Shown: positions 8,502 to 16,830 of the stretch, one piece after another | How positions within the stretch are numbered: position 1 is the stretch's first letter | Layout of the letters: every line of letters starts with the position of its first letter | Assembly (NCBI GenBank): GCA_017404515.1 | Contig: JAFRCG010000004.1 | Location: 1,156-65,155 of the forward strand | DNA: 64,000 nt | Reading direction: 5' to 3' | From: Candidatus Saccharimonadota bacterium | Lineage (GTDB): Bacteria; Patescibacteriota; Saccharimonadia; Saccharimonadales; Saccharimonadaceae | The notes under the pieces: generated by a model | The model's database searches: none | What the model saw: only the letters and a program-made list of their open reading frames with translations | Told to the model about the DNA's origin: nothing | Made by a program: the position numbers and the translations under genes

Positions 8502-8519
8502 AACCGCCCCCACCAAATT
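8502..8519. repeat. third copy of the tRNA-Met 3' end (17/18 match), an older att remnant
   Basis: aaccgcccccaccaaatt here versus aaccgcccccaccagatt at 2446-2463. It is preceded by gttgg, which equals the tRNA T-stem 5' arm. Confidence 0.6.
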
Positions 8520-8603
8520 ATACATTGATTTATTATTGATATTGTGTTATAATATATAGTATAGTTCAGGTGGCTGAAGGCACATTAATAGGGAGGTGGC
8601 GTT

Positions 8604-9260
8604 ATGTTTGTTTTGGCAAAATTAAGATGGAAATTGTATGACTTTTATTCTAGGCGACTTTTGTTATGGGGGCTTAAAAGAGGCTACATCCAAACTTATA
8701 GCGACGAACTGATTGAAAGGCTCAGAGATGTATACTACGGCGGTGTACCGGCTTCAGTATTGCTTCTGTGTAATGCTATCACGGATGGCCATTGCTATGA
8801 TCGAGCGCTGCTAATGTCTAGGGCATTCTTAGATGGTAATGATGATGTTAATCTTGTCTATGCAGAAGTAGCCGATCTCAAATTTAACCCCGACAACAAG
8901 GGCGGTAGCGGTGATCATTGTGTGGTAGAAAGGATTACGGAAAATGGTAAACGGCTCATCTACGATACATCTGCGGGATTTGTCTATACCAAATGGATAT
9001 ATTGGCTAATCGATTTTCCTAAAGTTAGGCTTGTCCGTACCAAAAATGAAATTATTAAGTTTTTGGAAGGCGAGGAGCCTGGCGCTAGTTCGGAAGATCC
9101 AGTGTACGCGGACAGAAATTTTGTTTTGAGCCTAATTATCCCAAATATTGAAGCGACTTACGGTAGAAAAGGAGAAATGTATTCTCTCCCAGGCATCGAA
9201 TTGCTGCAACGCGAGGTGGAGATTTTCAAAAACAGAACCATCAGCAAGTCACCCTCATAA
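8604..9260 (+). CDS. hypothetical protein with a Cys/His/Asp triad-like motif series
   Basis: 218 aa with GHCYDRA, GDHCVVE and IYDTSAG motifs. A GGGAGGTGG SD lies upstream. Confidence 0.5.
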   Translation: MFVLAKLRWKLYDFYSRRLLLWGLKRGYIQTYSDELIERLRDVYYGGVPASVLLLCNAITDGHCYDRALLMSRAFLDGNDDVNLVYAEVADLKFNPDNKGGSGDHCVVERITENGKRLIYDTSAGFVYTKWIYWLIDFPKVRLVRTKNEIIKFLEGEEPGASSEDPVYADRNFVLSLIIPNIEATYGRKGEMYSLPGIELLQREVEIFKNRTISKSPS

Positions 9261-9264
9261 CCTA

Positions 9265-9295
9265 AGAGGCTGGTTAGTTGTTCCAGCCTCTTTTT
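9265..9295. terminator. bidirectional intrinsic terminator
   Basis: agaggctgg-ttagttgtt-ccagcctct followed by tttt, between convergent genes. Confidence 0.6.
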
Positions 9296-9308
9296 GTCCC
9301 AAATTTAT

Positions 9309-9839
9309 TTATGATTTACGCGAGCAATTGATTAGGCCATCAATATTGTGATTGGCCATGATTTTGACATTTCCCTTTTCGTCTCGCACTTCGGTAGTTT
9401 TGAGTCCGATTTCTGTGACTACACCCTTAAAACCATCGGCTTGCACAATGACGGTATCGCCAACCCCAAATTGGTCTTCGGCAATAATTGCAACGCCAGC
9501 GATAAAATCTTTAATCATATCCTGGAACGCTAGACCAAGAATTGCAGTAAGAATTCCCAACCCGGCAAGCAAAGATGTAACATTTACTCCGAATACCGCC
9601 AAGACCACTAACAAAATAATAATTAGGAATACATATTTTAGGATACTTGAAAGCATCTTGGAAATAGTCTTGACGCGCTGCTGGTGGCTAGCGCTAGCCT
9701 TTTTGCCGCCTGCGTGATTAAAAACTATCCTGAGGATTCGTTTTAGGATGAGATAAACGATTAACACGAACAAAATATACAGGGCGGAATTGATTAGCCG
9801 TTTAACACTGATTTCTGTTCCAAAAAAGTTGAGATTCAT
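9309..9839 (-). CDS. small MscS-family mechanosensitive channel
   Basis: 176 aa. TM helices are followed by the MscS-like core LAFQDMIKDFIAGVAIIAEDQFGVGDTV...GVVTEIGLKTT. Confidence 0.7.
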   Translation of the reverse strand: MNLNFFGTEISVKRLINSALYILFVLIVYLILKRILRIVFNHAGGKKASASHQQRVKTISKMLSSILKYVFLIIILLVVLAVFGVNVTSLLAGLGILTAILGLAFQDMIKDFIAGVAIIAEDQFGVGDTVIVQADGFKGVVTEIGLKTTEVRDEKGNVKIMANHNIDGLINCSRKS

Positions 9840-9901
9840 GAGCTGGCTCCTTTGTTACTTTTCTGTATCTTACTGTGTTTATTATAGCATAAGCATATCA
9901 A

Positions 9902-9930
9902 AAAACTGCGGAGATAGAGTCCGCAGTTTT
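9902..9930. terminator. intrinsic terminator (A-run / hairpin / T-run)
   Basis: aaaactgcgga-gatagag-tccgcagtttt, downstream of the 68-aa ORF. Confidence 0.6.
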
Positions 9931-9952
9931 AAAACATAAATATATTTATGGC

Positions 9953-10159
9953 TTATTTCTTCTTGGAAAGGGTCAAGAAACCATTGCGTGGGTTTTCATT
10001 GACAACACGATCTGCAGGAAGATCAACTGGAGTACCTTTGCCACCGTTCTCAGTCTTGGTGAAGAAGTAAATAGTTTGCTTCTTGCCGCCACGAAGAGTA
10101 ACTTCTGACTGACGTAGGTAGTAGGTAACACCTTTACTGTTAGTATGTTGGTAGGCCAT
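9953..10159 (-). CDS. small basic protein, unknown function
   Basis: 68-aa ORF with GGAGGA 7 nt upstream of the ATG and its own terminator. Confidence 0.5.
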   Translation of the reverse strand: MAYQHTNSKGVTYYLRQSEVTLRGGKKQTIYFFTKTENGGKGTPVDLPADRVVNENPRNGFLTLSKKK

Positions 10160-10225
10160 AATTCCTCCTTAGTTGTTGTACTTCTTATCTTATGACCCCT
10201 TGCTTTAGATGTCAAGGGGTTTTTA

Positions 10226-10927
10226 CTATTTTTTTATAAAAATTAAAGCTAAACGGAGAATACACCAGATAATGAACCTGATAAAAATTACAACAGACAA
10301 GAGTAAACAAATAATCATTACAAAGCCAGAAAGGGTGGGCGTCCAAATAGGGGAAGCAAAGTCATAGCGGAAAAGGGCGGTAGATGGCAAAGAGGCTACA
10401 AAAGTATCTTCTATTCGATCAGTGGTAGGATACTTGGCAATTTCTCCAGTCATACAATCTAGATAGCCTTGGCTGTTCCAAGCCCAACCATATTGGATAG
10501 CCAGGGGTTTACATACTTCCATGGCCTTAGCGAAAACATTGCCATTGGGATTGTTGTCACTACCAGCTTCGGCTTCGGCTTTGGCAAGCGCTTCAGAGGC
10601 TTTGCGCTGATATTGATGTTCCAAATAAATAGGGCCTGTACCAAAGGAAACTAATGATTCTCCATTTTTTTCTATGACATTAATCACAGTGTGCGTGCGC
10701 ACGAAATCCTGAAGATTCTGCAAAGAAACAGAAATAGCCTCGTCGTCTCCTGATTCATCAGCGGCAGCAACTTCTGATTTTAGCTCGGTCATTTTGATAT
10801 GGTCAAAGCGAAGAAGGGTAGCTTCAATAAAAAGTAAAAGAACAAGGACAACCAATAGTTGCCAAGTTTTGACGCGGCCGAGAGACCGAAGGGAATTTTT
10901 TATATCAATTTTCTTAATACCACCCAT
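10226..10927 (-). CDS. membrane protein with N- and C-terminal TM helices, unknown function
   Basis: 233 aa. Hydrophobic segments occur at both ends (WQLLVVLVLLLFIEATLL; FVMIICLLLSVVIFIRFIIWCIL). Confidence 0.5.
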   Translation of the reverse strand: MGGIKKIDIKNSLRSLGRVKTWQLLVVLVLLLFIEATLLRFDHIKMTELKSEVAAADESGDDEAISVSLQNLQDFVRTHTVINVIEKNGESLVSFGTGPIYLEHQYQRKASEALAKAEAEAGSDNNPNGNVFAKAMEVCKPLAIQYGWAWNSQGYLDCMTGEIAKYPTTDRIEDTFVASLPSTALFRYDFASPIWTPTLSGFVMIICLLLSVVIFIRFIIWCILRLALIFIKK

Positions 10928-10934
10928 AAACTGA

Positions 10935-10944
10935 TATAATTATA
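10935..10944. promoter_or_regulatory. palindromic TATAATTATA: overlapping divergent -10 boxes in a 21-nt intergenic region
   Basis: TATAAT at 10935-10940 lies 8 nt before the ATG at 10949. Its reverse complement at 10944-10939 lies 11 nt before the minus-strand ATG at 10927. Neither gene has an SD. Confidence 0.5.
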
Positions 10945-10948
10945 GCAT

Positions 10949-12283
10949 ATGAACATATATATTTCTGGGATTTCTGGAACTGGTCTAGGGCCGCTGGCTT
11001 TGATGGCAAGTGATGCTGGACTTTTTGTTTGTGGGACGGATTTGGCGGAGGGAGCCGTAACGGGAGAATTAGCAGCCAAGAAAGTTGAAATGGAAATTGG
11101 GCAGACAGCGCAGGATGGAAAATTCTTGCAAAAAATGGCGGAGACAAAAGGCGTAGATTGGTTTGTTTATACCTCTGCTTTGCCAAAAGACCATCCGGAA
11201 TTGCTACTAGCAAAAAAACTGGGAATTAGGGTATCGAAGCGAGATGAACTGATTGCGTATTTAGTGGAAAAATTAGGGCTCAAGATGGTGGCAGTAGCAG
11301 GAACACATGGAAAAACTACTACGACAGCAATGATTACCTGGACAGCATTATCATTGGGCTTGCCAGTATCGTATCTGATAGGCACGACTTTGCCTTTTGC
11401 TGAAGCTGGGCAATATAATCCTAAGTCGGAATTTTTGATCTATGAAGCCGACGAGTATGATCGTAATTTTTTGCATTTTTATCCGTGGCTAGCGGTAATT
11501 ACCACTGTATCTTATGATCATCCAGATATTTATCCAACAAAATTAGACTATATTAAGGCTTTTTCTAAATTTGAAGGGCAAAGCGAAAATGTAATCCGGG
11601 GAAGAGCACTAGAGGGGGAAGCCGCAGAAAATACGGAGGCAATAGATTTTAGTAAAAAATTTGTGTTGGCTGGTGAGGCTAGAAGATATGATGCAGGATT
11701 AGCAATGCAAGCGATTTTTGAGATGGTAGAAGAAGTGGGGATGGAAGATTCTGGAGAAAACTTGATTGCTGGCGGAAAATCTTATGTCGGAAGAAAAGTT
11801 GACGAAAGCCTAATCATAGAAATACTAAATGATTTTCCTGGCGTGGGCAGGAGATTTGAACGAATAGCAGATGGGGTTTATTCTGATTATGGGCATCATC
11901 CTGAAGAAATTGCAGCCACCATTAATGTGGCAAAAGAGGAGGCTGAGAGGTTGGGATTAAATGGCGTAGTGGCTATCTATGAGCCGCACCAAAATGTGCG
12001 CCAACACGAAGTAAAAGATGGCTACAAAGAGGCATTTTCTGGAGTAGAAAAATTGTATTGGCTGCCAACATATCTAGTGAGGGAAGATCCAAATCTAGCC
12101 GTGCTCACGCCTGAGGATTTTATTGCAGACTTAGTCAATAAAGATGTAGCTGAGCCGGCAGAGATGGATGATAAACTTTCTGATATACTAAAAGAATACC
12201 AGAAAAATGGATATTTAATACTATTAATGACTGCCGGGCCAGCAGATGGTTGGTTAAGAAGGGTGTTTAATGGAAAAGACTAA
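10949..12283 (+). CDS. murC: Mur ligase, MurC/Mpl family (UDP-N-acetylmuramate--L-alanine ligase-like)
   Basis: ISGISGTGLGPLA N-terminal nucleotide-binding motif, VAVAGTHGKTTTTAM P-loop, and YEADEYDRNFLHF and SYDHPDIY motifs. Confidence 0.75.
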   Translation: MNIYISGISGTGLGPLALMASDAGLFVCGTDLAEGAVTGELAAKKVEMEIGQTAQDGKFLQKMAETKGVDWFVYTSALPKDHPELLLAKKLGIRVSKRDELIAYLVEKLGLKMVAVAGTHGKTTTTAMITWTALSLGLPVSYLIGTTLPFAEAGQYNPKSEFLIYEADEYDRNFLHFYPWLAVITTVSYDHPDIYPTKLDYIKAFSKFEGQSENVIRGRALEGEAAENTEAIDFSKKFVLAGEARRYDAGLAMQAIFEMVEEVGMEDSGENLIAGGKSYVGRKVDESLIIEILNDFPGVGRRFERIADGVYSDYGHHPEEIAATINVAKEEAERLGLNGVVAIYEPHQNVRQHEVKDGYKEAFSGVEKLYWLPTYLVREDPNLAVLTPEDFIADLVNKDVAEPAEMDDKLSDILKEYQKNGYLILLMTAGPADGWLRRVFNGKD

Positions 12284-12803
12284 AGAAGAGAAAGTAGGGA
12301 TTAAACGGATCCTAAAATTTACCGGAGTGGGAATAGTGGCTACGGTAGTTGACTATTTGATCTACACTTTACTAATTATGGTGTTGTTTGGTGGGGATGT
12401 AGCAGCGGCGGGCATATCTTCGATATTGTCTGGGATTTGTTCAACCTTTGTAGCTTATGTACTACATAATAATATCACCTGGAAAGAGCGCAATCCTGGG
12501 AAGTATGGCATCATAAAATTTTTTGCCTGGAATGCATTTGTGGTGATATTAGTGCGGCCAGTATTAGTAGCCTTCTTTAGCATGTTGACTGGGCTTTATG
12601 AATTTGCCTTTATGCTAATAGGATGGATTCCAGTATTTTCTTCTTTTGATTTTGTGGCAAGCACCGGGATTTATGTGCTGATGACAATAGTGACGATGAC
12701 TCTAAATTTTGTTTTTTACGAAAAAATTGTTTTTGGCCGTAGCAAAGAGGACGGGGAGAAGGTAAATATAAAGAGCGTTAGGAAGCCCGGAAAAGAACAA
12801 TAG
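12270..12803 (+). CDS. GtrA-family membrane protein
   Basis: 177 aa with four TM helices. The N-terminal ILKFTGVGIVATVVDYLIYTLL is typical of GtrA-like proteins. Confidence 0.65.
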   Translation: MEKTKEEKVGIKRILKFTGVGIVATVVDYLIYTLLIMVLFGGDVAAAGISSILSGICSTFVAYVLHNNITWKERNPGKYGIIKFFAWNAFVVILVRPVLVAFFSMLTGLYEFAFMLIGWIPVFSSFDFVASTGIYVLMTIVTMTLNFVFYEKIVFGRSKEDGEKVNIKSVRKPGKEQ

Positions 12804-14174
12804 GCTAAAGGCAAAGCTGACCAAGACAGCAAGAAGCAAGGCGTTTTTAGGGATTTTGATTAAAGCATAGATAATTACAGCGGCAATGATTAATATGCCG
12901 GTAGCGCCGAGTTCCAAAAGTAGGCTGACATATTCGTTTTGGACGATTTCTTTAGGTCCTAAATCTTCTGGATGGAGTGTGTGCATGGCAATGCCAGCAG
13001 AGCCAAGGCCAGTACCAATGACAATATATTGTGGGGAAGAACTCCAAGTGCCAAGAGCTAAGGAGTTGAGGGAAAGACGAACATTGGTGGATTCTGCGAC
13101 ATAGCCAGAAAAGCTAGAAGTCTCTGGAGCGATTGTAGTTTCTTTGGGTTCTGCTGTAGTCTCCGCATCAGAAGATGTGGGGCTATCATTTGATGAATCA
13201 ACATGGGTAGAAGATTGATCAGACTTGAATTCTGCCGAACGGAGATCTATGACTCCAAGGGAAAGTTGGTGGATAGATTTAGTGATACCAGAGAAGAAAG
13301 TGTCGTTGGTAGGGCTGATAGCAGCAAAAAATCCTTCGGAGACAATAGCTATAGAGAAGGCAACTATTACCAGCAAGATAGCTGTAGTTGCAGATTTTAA
13401 TTTATATTTTATAATAGGGAATCGCTTGGTGCAGCAAAATACAAATAGGACAACAAGACCAAGGCCAAAGGAATAGATGGCACCACGAGAAAGGGTAAGA
13501 AAGAGAGTAGAGGTGAGAAAAAGCGTCACTAAAATAAGGGAAACTTTTTGTTTGCGAGATTTTGGGGCGGAGAGAAAGAGAAGGTAAAAGCATAGGAGAA
13601 CTGGAGCTAAGAATAGTCCGCCCATGAATTGTGGCTCAATAGCAAAACCGTTAGGATGAGGAAAGCCAAAAGAGGTATAGGTGCAGCCACGGCAGAGAAG
13701 TGTGAATTCACGACTGACGCCAGCTAGATCAAGAATGCATTGAACCCAACAAATGACAGCAAAAAATACAGATGTGGCAAGCAAAATTTTGAGAAGTTTT
13801 GGCCGGAGAGTTGGGGAAGATTTAAAGTCTACAATAATATTAAGGACCGCAAAAACGACAAGCCACAGGATACCAGAGGTGAGGACTGCGCGCAGGGGAT
13901 TGCCAGACCAAAGGCTAGACAGAGAACAATAGAGGGGGATGGTGGCGCTAAGCAAAAGCTTGGGCCAACCAAAGAAAGAAACAAGCCGTTTGAGCGAGGG
14001 AATTGAGGATAATGCAAACAGAACTAGCCAAATTTCTACTAGGGAAAGGTCAAAGTTCATGTATTCGTTAGTGCCAAGAGAGATAACTGGATGATAGGAG
14101 AAAAAAATAACAGCTGGGAAAAATATCAGCAAGATGCGATGGAATTTCTGGAAAAATTTAACGCAAAGATTCAT
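12702..14174 (-). CDS. O-antigen ligase/polymerase-family (Wzy_C-like) polytopic membrane protein
   Basis: 490 aa with more than 10 TM helices, an LSRGAIYSFGLGLVV motif and a Ser/Thr-rich external loop. Confidence 0.65.
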   Translation of the reverse strand: MNLCVKFFQKFHRILLIFFPAVIFFSYHPVISLGTNEYMNFDLSLVEIWLVLFALSSIPSLKRLVSFFGWPKLLLSATIPLYCSLSSLWSGNPLRAVLTSGILWLVVFAVLNIIVDFKSSPTLRPKLLKILLATSVFFAVICWVQCILDLAGVSREFTLLCRGCTYTSFGFPHPNGFAIEPQFMGGLFLAPVLLCFYLLFLSAPKSRKQKVSLILVTLFLTSTLFLTLSRGAIYSFGLGLVVLFVFCCTKRFPIIKYKLKSATTAILLVIVAFSIAIVSEGFFAAISPTNDTFFSGITKSIHQLSLGVIDLRSAEFKSDQSSTHVDSSNDSPTSSDAETTAEPKETTIAPETSSFSGYVAESTNVRLSLNSLALGTWSSSPQYIVIGTGLGSAGIAMHTLHPEDLGPKEIVQNEYVSLLLELGATGILIIAAVIIYALIKIPKNALLLAVLVSFAFSLLFFSGLPNALYIYLLPVLFATAKNNFFVKNKI

Positions 14175-15336
14175 AAACGAGCTCCTTTATCTTGGTGATG
14201 AAAACAGATTTATCAAAGGGTGATGTTGTGTTTTTTACAACATCTGGGGAAAAGGCAGACTTATCAAAAGATTCCATAGCAGAGACGAGGGAATCTACGG
14301 ATTGGTTACTAAATAAGATGCCATTTTTGCCAGGCTGGATATAATCTAATGCGCCACCTTTGCCGAAAGCTATAACTGGAAGCCCGCAGGCCATGGCCTC
14401 TATTGGAGCAATGCCAAATGGCTCCATGCTAGGAAAAAGATAAGCGTCCGCCTGAACAAGATATTTCTTCAATTCTGACTGGCTCATTTGTGGAAGAAAG
14501 TGGATGTTAGGTGCATTATTAGCTAATTTGACAAGTCTAGAATGTTCTGGTCCGCTACCAATAATTAAGAGGTTGTCGCCAGTTTTGAGACATGCTTTAA
14601 TACATAAATCGATTCTTTTCCAGTTGACTTGTCTGGAAGTTGTGATGTAATTGTGCTTATTTTTGATTTGACTTTTCCCTGCTTTTGTTTTGTTGCTTGT
14701 GGAAAACGATGTGGAAAACTTTTCCAGGTCAACTGGTGGATAGATGATAGTTGATTCCCTCTTGTAGTATTTTTGGATCTGCTGAGCGGCGTAACTTGAG
14801 ATAGTAATAAATTTGTCTGGGCGCTGGGCGGCAGCAAAATCTGCTTTTCTAAGAGGTTTTACAAATAGTTTGAGGGCGAGGCGCGCTAGCGGATTAAGGA
14901 GACCAAAACCAGGGTTTTTGAGGTAATCATCGTACATCTGCCAGTAGTACTGAGTAGGTACATGACAATAGCAAAGATGGGTACATTGGTGTTCGGTATG
15001 TTCGGTTTTTGAGTCGGTTTGTTCTGTTTTCTTAGTCTTTACAGATTTGGCTTCGGCGCCAGTGACAGAAATAACTAAATCATAATCAGACAAATCCAAG
15101 TGAGAAAAATAATGCTGTCTAAGTGGACTGATAAAGCGACGCAGACCAGTAGGAAAAATTTGCAACCAACCAGTGCGGACATCGGCATCCAAAAACCAAT
15201 CGATTCCCTTTTTGTCGTATTTGGAGGTATAGATAGGCGCATCTGGATACATCTGATGAAGCGCAAGCAAAACGCTTTCTGCGCCACCTATGGTAGTTAG
15301 CCAATCGCAAACTAAAGCCACCCTGGGCCGAGACAT
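14158..15336 (-). CDS. GT4-family (GT-B) glycosyltransferase
   Basis: EPFGIAPIEAMACGLPVIAFGKGGALDYI is the E-x7-E region. I placed the start at the ATG at 15336 (MSRPRVALV), which overlaps the upstream stop as TAATG. Confidence 0.8.
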   Translation of the reverse strand: MSRPRVALVCDWLTTIGGAESVLLALHQMYPDAPIYTSKYDKKGIDWFLDADVRTGWLQIFPTGLRRFISPLRQHYFSHLDLSDYDLVISVTGAEAKSVKTKKTEQTDSKTEHTEHQCTHLCYCHVPTQYYWQMYDDYLKNPGFGLLNPLARLALKLFVKPLRKADFAAAQRPDKFITISSYAAQQIQKYYKRESTIIYPPVDLEKFSTSFSTSNKTKAGKSQIKNKHNYITTSRQVNWKRIDLCIKACLKTGDNLLIIGSGPEHSRLVKLANNAPNIHFLPQMSQSELKKYLVQADAYLFPSMEPFGIAPIEAMACGLPVIAFGKGGALDYIQPGKNGILFSNQSVDSLVSAMESFDKSAFSPDVVKNTTSPFDKSVFITKIKELVYESLR

Positions 15337-16760
15337 TATTTTGCTCCCTTTCCAGTGATGACGGCCCAAATAGTCCGGAAGATGATACTAAAATCTAGCT
15401 TCATGGACCAATTTTGGACATAATAAATATCTAGGGCACGGCGTTCTTCAAAAGATATATCGCGACGACCAGAAACCTGCGCTAGGCCAGTAAGGCCGGA
15501 TTTAACAGAAAGAAGTAAAGAGCGGTCACCGTAATCGCGTAGTTCCCCAGGGACGAGGGCGCGTGGGCCGACTAAGGAAATGTCGCCACGAACAACATTA
15601 AATAATTGCGGAAGTTCATCCAGAGAAGTGGCACGAAGAACGCGGCCAACCTTGGTGACGCGGGGATCGTCTGGGAGAAAATCTCCGTTTTTGCGATATT
15701 TTTGGATGAGTTCCGGCTTGCCCATTTTGGTAAAGGCTTGCTCTGGAGAGAGGCCAGAATATTTGGGCTTGATGGAGCGGAATTTGAAAATTTTGACCTT
15801 TTGATTGTAGCGAGAAAGGCGATATTCGCTGTAGAAAACTGGGGAGTGGATATCGGAAAATTTAACGATCAACCAGATAATACCCATAGGGATAAGTGCG
15901 AGAAGACATGCGATGCTACCTAAGATAATGTCTACTGCGCGTTTTAGGAAACGGGAACCGCCAATAAGTGGCGTGACCCTGACTAAAATAGCAGGCGTAT
16001 CGCCGATAAGTTCTAGGTCGCCAACATGAGATGATAAGGTAGAATCGGAAGGAATGAAATAATATAGCATGTGGTGTTTAACTGCTTGGCTATAGACATA
16101 TTCTGTCTGACGCTCGTCTGTTTGGAAAATGACATCCGCCTGAATCCATTTAAGCGCTTCTTTTAGCGAAGTAAATTTTTTGCCCTGAAATTCTACCGGG
16201 ATGTATTTATTGTTTGCGACTACGGCAGCCAAAGAATAGCCATCTTCTGGGAAATCGGCAAAATGATCTAGCAAATGGGCGGTGTTTTTGTCGTTGCCAA
16301 TAACGATAGCGCGCAAGGTGCCGTAATTATTGCGGAGAGTAAAAGAACGGAAAAAATGAATAACGCCACGAACAAGAGCTAGCATGATAAAACACAAAAT
16401 CAGAGAATACACTGCTACTAGACGAGTAGGAAAGATATGTTTGTCAGCGAAAAAGTCGTAAGTGATAAGAGCCATAGTGCCGATAATACAAGCTGTAAAA
16501 AGGCGGGCCAATTCTGGCCCCCTAGAACGATTGGCAAAGACATTTTTTCTATACAAACCAAGGATAGCCAAAATAATAAGCCAAATAGGGATAAAAACAA
16601 GGATTATTTGAACGAAAGCTCCAGGCTCAGCCTCAAAATAATAAGGGCGTTGGTCAATGTGGATACGGAAAAGATAAGCAAAAAGAAAAGCCAGGACGAT
16701 GGCAAAAGTATCGCCAAAAATAAGGATAATACGAAAGATAAGACCGGGATCTTTTTTCAT
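15336..16760 (-). CDS. WbaP-type polyprenyl-phosphate sugar-1-phosphate transferase (initiating enzyme)
   Basis: 474 aa. An N-terminal multi-TM region precedes a C-terminal bacterial sugar transferase motif, DELPQLFNVVRGDISLVGPRA. Confidence 0.85.
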   Translation of the reverse strand: MKKDPGLIFRIILIFGDTFAIVLAFLFAYLFRIHIDQRPYYFEAEPGAFVQIILVFIPIWLIILAILGLYRKNVFANRSRGPELARLFTACIIGTMALITYDFFADKHIFPTRLVAVYSLILCFIMLALVRGVIHFFRSFTLRNNYGTLRAIVIGNDKNTAHLLDHFADFPEDGYSLAAVVANNKYIPVEFQGKKFTSLKEALKWIQADVIFQTDERQTEYVYSQAVKHHMLYYFIPSDSTLSSHVGDLELIGDTPAILVRVTPLIGGSRFLKRAVDIILGSIACLLALIPMGIIWLIVKFSDIHSPVFYSEYRLSRYNQKVKIFKFRSIKPKYSGLSPEQAFTKMGKPELIQKYRKNGDFLPDDPRVTKVGRVLRATSLDELPQLFNVVRGDISLVGPRALVPGELRDYGDRSLLLSVKSGLTGLAQVSGRRDISFEERRALDIYYVQNWSMKLDFSIIFRTIWAVITGKGAK

Positions 16761-16830
16761 ATATATATTATAGCATTTTTTAGAGTTTTAAGCACTATGC
16801 TACATGATATAATGGAAAAAAGGAGTAAAA

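Noticed and set aside
10193-10226. Hairpin accccttg...caaggggt followed by ttttt as a terminator
   Set aside because: The T-run is on the plus strand, where no gene ends. On the minus strand, where gene 10226-10927 ends, no U-tract follows. Its function is uncertain, so I did not annotate it.
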